Origin: Candidatus Helarchaeota ASGARD archaeon Hel_GB_B
GTDB taxonomy: Archaea; Asgardarchaeota; Lokiarchaeia; Helarchaeales; HEL-GB-B
NCBI GenBank assembly: GCA_005191425.1
Contig: SUPR01000018.1
Span: 10,854-42,853, forward strand
Direction: 5' to 3'
DNA: 32,000 bases
Below, piece by piece: positions 9,116 through 18,387 of the stretch. Below the pieces are notes generated by a model. The model did not search any database. It was given only the letters and a program-made list of their open reading frames with translations, and was not told the DNA's origin. The position numbers and the translations under genes were made by a program. Each line of letters begins with the position of its first letter. Position 1 is the first letter of the stretch.

Positions 9116-10054
9116 CTAATAAAGAATTTTAATTATAAAATCTCCTTTTTTAACTCCCACAAAATCGGCTAAAGGTTTACATTTAAGTTTTAAAATTAAG
9201 ACTATTATTTTATTTTTTAAATTATCTTGATATTTAATTATAGTTTCAAAATTATTTTGACCTTTTGAGATAATTATATCAGATTCTTCCAAGGCGAATT
9301 TAAATTCAGAAGTTAAATTATTATATAAAAAGCCCAAGCAGAAACGATTTGCTTGGATAATTTTAACATTTTTAATTTTTGATAAATTGATGGATAAAGC
9401 GTCTTCAATAGTGGCATCATTTACTAATGGTCCACTTCTAACGACTACATTTATTTTATTGTTATAATTGGATAAATTTTCAATTAAAAGTTTATCACAG
9501 ACAATTTCTCCAGCGTTATCAACAATGTATAAAATATTTTTATCTCCATTTTTAATTAAATCATAGAATTTACGAGAATCATCGATAGTTGGCTTAGATT
9601 TTAGGATATCATTCATTTGTTCTTTTAAATTTTCTACAGATAATTCAAATTCATAATTTCCTGTTGCGAAATCAATAACATTTCCAAAAATAGTTAAAAG
9701 TAATGTTTTATAAAATTTTTCAAAAGGATCTGAGATTGAAGCAATTAATTTTACCATATATGGTTCTAAGCTTAATATTATTTCATTACTTTCTTTTTTT
9801 TCTTTTTTATATGGGTCCTTGATACCTGTTAATTCCTCAACTTTTTCAATAATTTTACTGGAGAGTTCCGTGGTGAAGCTATCTTGTGAAATATCTGAAA
9901 GAATTTTGAGAGATTCTTTAATAATTTCAATTTGCTTCAAATTATCTTTAGTAGACCTTATTGCTAGTTCGTAAGCAATTTTCATAAGACATGTGCCGCA
10001 CGATGGTTTAATCCAATTCTTTTTATTGAAATGCTTGTTATTTGTTTGTGTCAA
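9116..10054 (-). CDS. DUF89/ARMT1-like damage-control phosphatase
   Basis: CGTCL, DPYKKEK, GNVIDF, DNAGEIVCD, PLVNDAT, IISKGQNNFE, LKLKC match the DUF89 family pattern. Confidence 0.88.
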   Translation of the reverse strand: MTQTNNKHFNKKNWIKPSCGTCLMKIAYELAIRSTKDNLKQIEIIKESLKILSDISQDSFTTELSSKIIEKVEELTGIKDPYKKEKKESNEIILSLEPYMVKLIASISDPFEKFYKTLLLTIFGNVIDFATGNYEFELSVENLKEQMNDILKSKPTIDDSRKFYDLIKNGDKNILYIVDNAGEIVCDKLLIENLSNYNNKINVVVRSGPLVNDATIEDALSINLSKIKNVKIIQANRFCLGFLYNNLTSEFKFALEESDIIISKGQNNFETIIKYQDNLKNKIIVLILKLKCKPLADFVGVKKGDFIIKILY

Positions 10055-10168
10055 ATTAGTTTCAACTCAAATTATTTGTAAAAAAATTCAATTTTAAAGA
10101 AAGTATTTTTATTTTGATATTTAATATTGTTTTATAATATCTTTAATTTAATAATAGAAGAATAGAAA

Positions 10169-10834
10169 ATGTCCAATGAAGTCATTGAATTTCTCAAGAG
10201 TAATATTTTAGAATTGGAAATGGACTCTTCAATTGAAAATGCAAATACTATTTTAAATTCAAATGGTAAAATACCGATAAATGATGTAGTTAAAGCTATT
10301 TCGGGTAGTTTAGAAGAAGTTGGTAAAAAGTTTCAGAATGGTGAATGGTATTTAACAGAATTGGTTTACGCAGCAGAAATAGCAAAAGAAGTATTAAAAA
10401 TATTAGCTCCTTTACTGGAAAAATCGAGTACTGAAACACACGGAACAATAGTAATTGGGACAGTTGCAGGCGATTTGCATGATTTAGGTAAAAATATTTT
10501 TTGTAATTATGCAAAAAGTGCTGGATTTAAGGTAATTGATCTAGGGACAGATGTTTCAGTTAATAATTTTATAGATGCAATAAAAGAAAATAATGCCCAT
10601 ATTCTTGGAATGTCATGTCTCCTAACTGCTACAGATAATCAATTGGGGGAAGTTATTAATGAACTCAAAAGGCAAAAATTAAGAGATAAAGTTAAAGTTA
10701 TAATTGGTGGTGCAGCAATCACAGAAGAATTTGCAAGAAGTATTGGAGCTGATGCTTTTGCACCTGATGCAATTACAGGAATCGACATAATAAAAAAGTG
10801 GGCTGAGTTTTTTCTACCTGATTTGACAAAATAA
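10169..10834 (+). CDS. Cobalamin (corrinoid)-binding protein, MtaC/MtbC-like
   Basis: Cap domain (LEEVGKKFQNGEWYLTELVYAAE) followed by the B12-binding motif GTVAGDLHDLGKNI...VIDLGTDV...GMSCLLT...KVIIGGA. Confidence 0.92.
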   Translation: MSNEVIEFLKSNILELEMDSSIENANTILNSNGKIPINDVVKAISGSLEEVGKKFQNGEWYLTELVYAAEIAKEVLKILAPLLEKSSTETHGTIVIGTVAGDLHDLGKNIFCNYAKSAGFKVIDLGTDVSVNNFIDAIKENNAHILGMSCLLTATDNQLGEVINELKRQKLRDKVKVIIGGAAITEEFARSIGADAFAPDAITGIDIIKKWAEFFLPDLTK

Positions 10835-10884
10835 TTAAAAAAAATTATATCTAGTTTTTTATTAAAAATAAAAAGAGGGTCTTT

Positions 10885-12201
10885 TTACATTTGCATATTT
10901 TCAAATAAAATAGCTTGTCCATTTCCAAATCCAGCACATAATGTAAATAAACCCAGTCGTTTGTGGTTATGTATTAATTCCCATATTAATTCTACCGCCC
11001 AAGCAACTCCTGATGCACCAATTGGATGTCCTCCAGCGATAGCTCCACCACTTGTATTTAATCGTTCATCAGTAAGCGCATTACCACCTAGTTCATGCAT
11101 CACTACAAAAGGTACACTAGCAAAAGCTTCATTAATGTGGATTAGGTCCAGATCGTCTAGACCAATACCTTCTCTTTTGAAAACTTTTCTCGAAGCAGGT
11201 ATTGGGCCGGTCAGTACTATTCGGGGGTCAGAAGCTGCATTTGAAATTGTAATAATCCTTACCAATGGTTTAATTCCTAATTGTTCTGCCCGTTCCTCAG
11301 TCATTAAGACCATTGCAGCCCCACCATCAGAAATAGCAGATGAATTTCCGGCGTGTATAACACCGCCTGATTTAAATCTTGGCTTTAAAGATTTCATTTT
11401 CTGCATAGCTCGTTCTGGGTCGTCTAAATAAATAGCTCGAGGTGTTTCGTCCACAGTAAATGTTTCGCGTATAAATTTTTTAGTTTCAGGATCACGAATT
11501 TTTTTACCATTTTCATCTCTTTTAATGTGTGTTATTGGCATCATTCTGGGTTCATATTTTTCTTTTTGTCGTTGAATTTTGATCATATTTCTATGACTTC
11601 TAGCTGCAAATTCATCAAGATCATCTCGCTTTAAATTCCACATCCCGGCAATCTTTTCTCCAGCTGGTCCAAGTCCAAGAGTTCTTTTCATAAATAATTT
11701 TTCAAGCAAAGTTTGATGCTTGTGTCCATCTTTTGTAAATGCTTGTATGCTACTACCTAACGGAAAAATGGAAAGTAATTCCTGCCCACCTGCAATCCCA
11801 ATATCTCCTTGACCTAATGCAAGCATATTATTAATATATTGAATTGCAGAAGTCCCAGCATTACAATACGAATCAACTGTCACACCAAAAACTTGAAAAA
11901 ATTCAGATTCATCTTTATCTGGATCTTGCATTATAGCACTAATTCTTGCTAAATCTCCGGATTGAGCGCCATATTGCCCAGAACATCCATAAGCTATAGC
12001 CTCAATATCTTTCGGAGAGATCTGATTTTTTGATTTTTCTAAAACATCAGCCCAAATATTTCCGAGAATTTGCCCTCCGAAATCTTGTGGTGATGCATAA
12101 TAGTGGATCCCTTTTTTAAGACCCGCCTTCCACCCGGATTTACCCATCGGGGCTCTCTTGGCGGAAACTACTACAACACTATTTACTTTTTTATTACTCA
12201 T
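10885..12201 (-). CDS. Acetyl-CoA C-acyltransferase (thiolase)
   Basis: Active-site Cys in TVDSYCNAG, plus GNSSAISDGGAA, INEAFAS, GGAIAGGHPIGASG and LCAGFGNG. Confidence 0.93.
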   Translation of the reverse strand: MSNKKVNSVVVVSAKRAPMGKSGWKAGLKKGIHYYASPQDFGGQILGNIWADVLEKSKNQISPKDIEAIAYGCSGQYGAQSGDLARISAIMQDPDKDESEFFQVFGVTVDSYCNAGTSAIQYINNMLALGQGDIGIAGGQELLSIFPLGSSIQAFTKDGHKHQTLLEKLFMKRTLGLGPAGEKIAGMWNLKRDDLDEFAARSHRNMIKIQRQKEKYEPRMMPITHIKRDENGKKIRDPETKKFIRETFTVDETPRAIYLDDPERAMQKMKSLKPRFKSGGVIHAGNSSAISDGGAAMVLMTEERAEQLGIKPLVRIITISNAASDPRIVLTGPIPASRKVFKREGIGLDDLDLIHINEAFASVPFVVMHELGGNALTDERLNTSGGAIAGGHPIGASGVAWAVELIWELIHNHKRLGLFTLCAGFGNGQAILFENMQM

Positions 12202-12621
12202 TTAAACCAACCATTCATTTACTAATTTATTGTCATTTAAATAGAAAAAATACATAAAAATATTACTAATTTTCGAGTTTTAATTCGATTCATATTATTA
12301 TTTGAAATCATTTCAATGTTAAATTTAATAATATAAGAGATTAATAAAAAAACTGAATAAAACTAAAAATTGTCTAATATACGTTTTTTCTATTCATTAT
12401 TTAAACAATAAAACTAATTATTGCCAAATATTATACAAAAAAATGAGAATAAAAAGATAAAAATGATATTTATCAATAATGTTCATTAAAAAATTAAAAA
12501 ATAAATAAACCCATTAGAAATAAATTTTAAAAATAAAAAATATAATCTAATGAAATTAGTTAATAACGTTCATTATTTTCAAAATAGAAATAGATTCTAA
12601 TTAAGAAGCAAGGTTTAAGTT

Positions 12622-13605
12622 ATGAGTAAATCGGAAACTCTAAATGATGAATTAAGAAAATATATGCGAATTTTAGATATGAGGAAGGTGAAAGTTAGAG
12701 GCTGCGCAATAGTAGACTCAGATGGACTAATAATTGCCTCAAAAATAAAAGGAACAGAAAATGAAATGGCAGTAGGGGCAGTTACTAGTGTTCTTTCAAG
12801 TTTAAGTGAACGGATTAAAGAAGAATTCAATTCAGGATTATTTCGAAATGCAATGATCGAAACTAATGAACTTTTATTGATTTTTACGGGGATAGGCAAT
12901 ATAGCAATTTTAACAACTATTGCTGAAGTTGGAGCTGAAACAGATAATATAAAACCATATGCAAAAATTTTTGCAAATAAAATTAATAATATACTCACAG
13001 GTAAAGTAGAAATTAAAAAAGCTGCACCAAGTACCGTTGAAATAGATAAAAAGAAAAAAGTAGTCCACAAATTTATAAGCAAAGGTCTCATTTTAGGTGA
13101 TTATGCTGTAGGTAAAACCTCAATTTTAACTCGATTTACCCAATACAAGTTTACAGCTGAATATAAACAATCACTTGGAATTTCAGTTGTTAAAAAGGAA
13201 TATTTTCTTAACAATTATAAAAATGAATGGACTGAAGTAGACTTGGTTTTGTGGGACTTGGCGGCACAAATTAGAGATATGCATGTAAGGCATGATTATT
13301 ATGCTGGAGCAGATTTTGTTTTGATATTATTTGATGTAACTAGGCCTGAAACAATGGACACAGCATTAAATTGGTATAGAGATTGCTATAAAACTCTTTC
13401 GCAAGATTCAAAGAGTAAAAGAGAGCCAGTGTTTATTTTAGTAGGAAACAAGATTGATTTACCAAGAAAAGTTGAGAGATCTGAAGGAGAAACGATGGCT
13501 AAAAGCATTGGAATTCCTTATATTGAAACAAGTGCAAAAACTGCTGAAAATGTTGAAGATGCATTCAAAACAGTAATTTCTAAATTTGTAAATAAAGTAA
13601 CTTAA
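12622..13605 (+). CDS. Roadblock/LC7 (MglB-like) domain fused to a Rab/Ras-like small GTPase
   Basis: N-terminal AIVDSDGLIIAS...MAVGAVTSVL...AMIETNE...IFTGIGNIAILTT is a roadblock pattern. The C-terminal domain has G1 GDYAVGKTS, G2 YKQSLG, G3 WDLAAQ, G4 GNKID, G5 ETSAK. Confidence 0.9.
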   Translation: MSKSETLNDELRKYMRILDMRKVKVRGCAIVDSDGLIIASKIKGTENEMAVGAVTSVLSSLSERIKEEFNSGLFRNAMIETNELLLIFTGIGNIAILTTIAEVGAETDNIKPYAKIFANKINNILTGKVEIKKAAPSTVEIDKKKKVVHKFISKGLILGDYAVGKTSILTRFTQYKFTAEYKQSLGISVVKKEYFLNNYKNEWTEVDLVLWDLAAQIRDMHVRHDYYAGADFVLILFDVTRPETMDTALNWYRDCYKTLSQDSKSKREPVFILVGNKIDLPRKVERSEGETMAKSIGIPYIETSAKTAENVEDAFKTVISKFVNKVT

Positions 13606-13810
13606 TCATGTCATATTTATAAATATGATTTTAATTGTTATTTTAAAGTTTCAAAAACTCATTTTTACTTATTAATACCGATATTTTCAAAATAAGTTAA
13701 TAAATAATTATTTTAATTGTATAAAATTAGATAATTTAAATAAATATTAAAATAGGATATATAAAATAAAATATACTAATTAAAAAAAAATCTATTAAAG
13801 GAGTTTTAAT

Positions 13811-15136
13811 ATGGTAAATACGAAGGTTTTTAAACGGAAAAGTTTTTTAGAGAAATTACAAGCAATGGCTGATAAAGATGAAATAATTGGAGCAATAGTA
13901 GAATGCAAAAACCCCAAAAAATTCGCGGAGGAATTAAAGGAGAAGCATCCACAAATTAATATAAAATATGTTTATAATATTATTGATGCAATAGCAGTTG
14001 AAACAACAGCAAAAGATATTTTGGAAAATTTAAGTGTCATGAACGATGTTGAAGTAATTGACGAAGATATGGAAGTACAAATTTTATTAGACGAGTCTGT
14101 TGCAGTTATTGGTATAAGACCTGAAATTTGGGACCTAGGAGTTGAGGGTGAAGGGGTAACTGTTGCGGTTATAGATACAGGCATTGATGATACACATCCT
14201 GATTTAAAAAATAAAGTTGTTGCAAAATCTGATTTTACCAGTGAAAAAGGTACTGATTTAGAAAATATTGATGGAAATGGGCATGGAACTCATGTTTCAA
14301 GTACTATTGCAGGTACTGGGGCGGCATCCAAAGGAAAATACAAAGGTGTTGCTCCTAAAGCTAAGTTGATTGCTGCTAAAGTTCTTGCATCAAATGGGTC
14401 AGGATCTTTTTCAGGAGTGATTGCTGGGATTGATTGGGCAGCTCAACAAGATTGTCAAGTTATGAATATGAGCTTGGGCGCTAATGTGCCAGGATCTTGC
14501 GATGGGACTGATGCAGTCTGTAAAGCAGTGGATGCTGCAATGGATAAAGGAATTGTAATGTGTATTGCAGCAGGTAATAGTGGACCAGAATCAAAAACAG
14601 TCGGCACTCCAGGTTGCGCTAAGAAAGTAATTACTGTAGGCGCTACTGATAAAAGTGATGTAATTGCTTGGTTCAGTTCTCGTGGCCCGACCGCTGACAA
14701 TAGAATAAAGCCGGATGTTTGTTTTCCCGGTGTAAATATAGTGGCTGCTAGGGCAAAAAATACCTCAATGGGAACACCAGTAGGTAATAGATATACTTCT
14801 GCTTCGGGTACTTCAATGGCGACTCCGCATTGTTCAGGCGTGGCAGCACTTATAAAATCGATTAAACCAGATTTATCTGCGCATGATGTAAAATCATTAA
14901 TTATGAAATTTACAAAAAATCTGAACCTAGACCCAAACACACAAGGTAAAGGGAGATCTGAAGCAGCACAAGCAATAAAATCATTATTAAAAGAAAATGA
15001 AAAAGAACCAGAAAAAAAGCCCGATGAAGAAGACGAAGACTCTTCCAAAAGAGATTTCATAATAAATGTAACAATTTTAGTCGCAATATTCGTAATATTA
15101 ACAATTATTCTAATTTTAACGATAAATTCTATCTAA
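13811..15136 (+). CDS. Subtilisin-family (S8) serine protease with an I9-like propeptide and a C-terminal transmembrane helix
   Basis: Triad motifs VAVIDTGID, GHGTHVSSTIAG and GTSMATPH, oxyanion AAGNSG. It ends with an acidic linker and FIINVTILVAIFVILTIILILTINSI. Confidence 0.93.
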   Translation: MVNTKVFKRKSFLEKLQAMADKDEIIGAIVECKNPKKFAEELKEKHPQINIKYVYNIIDAIAVETTAKDILENLSVMNDVEVIDEDMEVQILLDESVAVIGIRPEIWDLGVEGEGVTVAVIDTGIDDTHPDLKNKVVAKSDFTSEKGTDLENIDGNGHGTHVSSTIAGTGAASKGKYKGVAPKAKLIAAKVLASNGSGSFSGVIAGIDWAAQQDCQVMNMSLGANVPGSCDGTDAVCKAVDAAMDKGIVMCIAAGNSGPESKTVGTPGCAKKVITVGATDKSDVIAWFSSRGPTADNRIKPDVCFPGVNIVAARAKNTSMGTPVGNRYTSASGTSMATPHCSGVAALIKSIKPDLSAHDVKSLIMKFTKNLNLDPNTQGKGRSEAAQAIKSLLKENEKEPEKKPDEEDEDSSKRDFIINVTILVAIFVILTIILILTINSI

Positions 15137-15286
15137 ATATTAATAATCTTTTTTTCCTACATATTTAATTTTAGAAATCTTTTGGTAATTCAAAAACTTT
15201 TTAGGATTTTTAAGTAATAAATAAAAAGAAAATACAAAAATAATCTTAAATCACTATAAAGTGAAAAAAATTTCAGATGAATCGAA

Positions 15287-16453
15287 ATGGTGGAAAAAAA
15301 AGTTTCTGATAAAATATCAAAAATTCGGCCAAGCGGGATCCGTAGAATGTTTGATCTGGCTCAAGGTGTTCCTAATATTATATCACTGGGAATTGGACAG
15401 CCAGATTTTGATACACCGGATTATATAAAAAATGCAATGAAAAAGGCACTTGATAATAAATATACAGGATATTCTCCAAATATAGGTTATAAAGAACTAC
15501 GAGAAGCCATTGTTAATAAATATGAAGAGGAATATGACTTAAATTATGAGCCTAATGATGTAATAGTAACTTGTGGTGCTTGTGAAGCTCTTTTTGATAT
15601 TTGTCAAGCTATTTTAAATGAGGGCGATGAAGTTTTAGTCCCTGACCCTGGATTTCTAACTTATCCCGCGCAAGTAATTTTTGCAGGCGGAATACCCGTC
15701 CCATATCAAACAAAAGAAGAGGATGATTTTGAAATTAAAATAGAAGAAATTGAATCTAAAATCACAAAAAAAACAAAAATGATAATTCTAAATTTCCCAA
15801 ATAATCCTACAGGCGCAGTAATGGACAAGAAAAAAATGAATGAATTAATTGAATTTATAGAAAAAAAAGATATATTTATACTTTCAGATGAATGTTATGA
15901 AAAATTAATATATGATAATTTAAAACATATCTGCGTCCCAACTCTCGGTGCAAAAAATAAGACTTTTATAGTTAATTCATTCTCAAAAAGTTATGCAATG
16001 ACTGGTTGGAGAGTAGGATATCTTTTAGCACCTTCTGAGTTTATAGCACCAATAAATTTAGTCCATCAAATGAACACCGCATGTACAAATTCTGCAGCTC
16101 AAATAGCATGCGTAGAAGCTTTAAATAATAAAGATGAAAGTTTAAAATTCATTAAAAAAATGGTTTCAGAATTTGACAAAAGGCGTAAATTTGTTTTTAA
16201 GAGGGCAAGTGAAATACCAAACATAAGTTGTAATTTGACTAAAGGTGCTTTTTATTTCCTACTCAATATTAAAAATACTGGACTTTCTGCCCAAGAGTTC
16301 TCAGAATTGATGATTACAGATGCTAAAGTAGTAACTGTGCCAGGGGACGAATTTGGAGATATTGGGAAAGATTATGTCCGAATTGCTTATACTTTAGATA
16401 TAAAAAAATTAGACGAAGCTTTTAATAGAATTGAAAACACATTAAATAAATAA
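15287..16453 (+). CDS. PLP-dependent aminotransferase class I/II (aspartate aminotransferase-like)
   Basis: ISLGIGQPDFDTP, TCGACEAL, LNFPNNPTG, LSDECYE, and the PLP lysine motif NSFSKSYAMTGWRVGY. Confidence 0.95.
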   Translation: MVEKKVSDKISKIRPSGIRRMFDLAQGVPNIISLGIGQPDFDTPDYIKNAMKKALDNKYTGYSPNIGYKELREAIVNKYEEEYDLNYEPNDVIVTCGACEALFDICQAILNEGDEVLVPDPGFLTYPAQVIFAGGIPVPYQTKEEDDFEIKIEEIESKITKKTKMIILNFPNNPTGAVMDKKKMNELIEFIEKKDIFILSDECYEKLIYDNLKHICVPTLGAKNKTFIVNSFSKSYAMTGWRVGYLLAPSEFIAPINLVHQMNTACTNSAAQIACVEALNNKDESLKFIKKMVSEFDKRRKFVFKRASEIPNISCNLTKGAFYFLLNIKNTGLSAQEFSELMITDAKVVTVPGDEFGDIGKDYVRIAYTLDIKKLDEAFNRIENTLNK

Positions 16454-16463
16454 CGGGAAAAAA

Positions 16464-17762
16464 ATGGAGATTAAAATAGAAAAATCAAATGAAAAGGACA
16501 AAAATTCTGACGCTAGCAACAAAATTTTAAAAAGAGCTATCGATGCCTATTCAAAAGGAGAAAAATTAGTATTCAAAAGAAAATTTAAAAGCGCAGAAAC
16601 TCATTTTAAGAAGTCATTTAATTATTTTATGCAATTAAATGATAAAATTAGGGGTGAAAAAGTACTTTTAAAACTTACGGAATGTTACTTAATAGAAAAT
16701 CAATATCATAATGCATCTAGTACTATGCGAGATGCTGCAAACTTACGGTTATTGGACAATAAATTTATAAATGCAATTGAACATTATCAATCGGTTATAG
16801 AATTACTATTAAAATTAGATGAAAAGGCAGTTTATATACCAAAAATTCTTGAGATTATTTCATTTATTTCAATGTGCTATCTTGCTGTCGGAAATTTTGA
16901 TATGGCAGCAGAATCTTTAAAAAAGAACCTTTCAAAATATGGAAAAGGATTTAAAAATAAATCTAAAATAAAAATTCTTCACTATGTCACAAATATTAAT
17001 AACTTAATTTTAACTAAAAAGATAGATGATTTAAAAGAATTAAAAAAAGAAATGTTAAAACTCAACTTAAGGGATGGGGAAAGGCGTTTATTCAATAGAA
17101 TATTTGAAATATTAAATGTATTTACTGATAGCACAATTTCATTAAGAATAGTTGAGAAAGAAATTAGGGCCGGTGATCAATTTACTATATTTGGGACATT
17201 AAATTCAAAAAATGATGTGGAGATTAAGTCTATTTCTCTCAATCTAGAACATGGACTAAAAATTATATCTGGTCCACAAATATCGGAAAATAAAATTAGT
17301 TTTACTGCAAAATTGATTTCAAAAATTTCAGGTAATTCAAAAATCGATATAAACCTAATTTGCATTACTGAAGATTTTGAATTTCCATTATCAAGTAAAA
17401 AAGTAATTAAAATTAAGGAAGGCTATCCCATTATTCAATTTTATCCGAGTACAGACCAATTAATAGGTAAAATTGAGCAACCATTAAGTTTAAATTTTGT
17501 AGTAAAAAATGTAGGAATGGGTGAAGCCGTAGATTTAAGTCTAATTATAGAGCACTCAGTTGGAATTCAATTGATCGAAGGGACAAAAGAAAAAAAATTA
17601 CATTCACTCGCGCCCCAAGAAGAATTTGTTTTTGTTTATAACCTAACTGGTAAAATACTAGGAAAACATATTATCAAAGCAAAATTGTCATACCAAGGTA
17701 TAAACTCATCTGATAAATTTCCTGATATAATAAAAGAAATAGATATTGCGATAGTTAGTTAA
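16464..17762 (+). CDS. Hypothetical protein: N-terminal TPR/SNAP-like helical repeats plus two C-terminal Ig-like beta-sandwich domains
   Basis: Helical repeats with A/Y/F periodicity (AIDAYSKG, SAETHFKKS, NAIEHYQS) in about the first 220 aa. The beta-rich C-terminus includes FVVKNVGMGEAVDL...LAPQEE...AKLSY. No signal peptide or TM segment is evident. Confidence 0.55.
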   Translation: MEIKIEKSNEKDKNSDASNKILKRAIDAYSKGEKLVFKRKFKSAETHFKKSFNYFMQLNDKIRGEKVLLKLTECYLIENQYHNASSTMRDAANLRLLDNKFINAIEHYQSVIELLLKLDEKAVYIPKILEIISFISMCYLAVGNFDMAAESLKKNLSKYGKGFKNKSKIKILHYVTNINNLILTKKIDDLKELKKEMLKLNLRDGERRLFNRIFEILNVFTDSTISLRIVEKEIRAGDQFTIFGTLNSKNDVEIKSISLNLEHGLKIISGPQISENKISFTAKLISKISGNSKIDINLICITEDFEFPLSSKKVIKIKEGYPIIQFYPSTDQLIGKIEQPLSLNFVVKNVGMGEAVDLSLIIEHSVGIQLIEGTKEKKLHSLAPQEEFVFVYNLTGKILGKHIIKAKLSYQGINSSDKFPDIIKEIDIAIVS

Positions 17763-17770
17763 AAAGATAA

Positions 17771-18244
17771 TTATTTTAAAATATATTTAGAAATATCTTC
17801 ATCTCTTTTTAATTTCTTTTTTGATTGTATCTTTTGCTCTAATTCTGAATTTTTATTGATGTTAATTGCCGGAAAATTGTTATAAAATTTGTTGAAATCA
17901 TTAAATTTATTAAACCAATTAATGTCTATTTTATTTTCAATATTATTGCCTTCAAAAGGTGTATTTATTGATACTTGAGGAATTTGTGGTTTATTAATAT
18001 TATTTTTAGGTGGAAAAATATTCAAATTATTATCTTGACCCTCGGAATTTATGTTAAAATTTTTATTTATTCGGATTTTTTTATTGGTAATAAGATTATT
18101 TTGCCATTCAATATTATTATTAAACAATTCAACATCAAAAATTGGCTTTATATCATTACTTAAACTTAAATTTGAAGAATTTAATCCACAAATTGGACAA
18201 AAGCCTTCCGTTATTATAGCACCGCACTTCTTACAAATATCCAT
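17771..18244 (-). CDS. Hypothetical protein with an N-terminal zinc ribbon and an Asn-rich low-complexity body
   Basis: Starts CKKCG-x6-FCPICG. The remainder is Asn/Ile-rich, and the ORF fills the gap between the convergent and divergent neighbours. Confidence 0.65.
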   Translation of the reverse strand: MDICKKCGAIITEGFCPICGLNSSNLSLSNDIKPIFDVELFNNNIEWQNNLITNKKIRINKNFNINSEGQDNNLNIFPPKNNINKPQIPQVSINTPFEGNNIENKIDINWFNKFNDFNKFYNNFPAININKNSELEQKIQSKKKLKRDEDISKYILK

Positions 18245-18387
18245 TTTATCATCTTACCAATTTATTAAAATTAAGAAATATATTTTTTTATTCTATAAAA
18301 TTATTATGTATAACAGTACAATAAATATTTTTATTGAGTTTAACAATAAAACTATAATCAATAATAAATTTATAAGTTGAGGAAAGA

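Noticed and set aside
14455-15060. 201-aa antisense ORF over the S8 protease; similar shadows at 10961-11431, 12615-13091, 3535-3861, 7217-7549, 24108-24446 and 28977-29500
   Set aside because: They lie entirely opposite well-supported genes, have Ser/Phe/Ile-rich shadow composition and show no motifs or RBS.
17975-18380. Plus-strand ORFs 17975-18163 and 18051-18380
   Set aside because: They overlap the zinc-ribbon ORF on the opposite strand and the divergent promoter region, and look like AT-rich chance ORFs.
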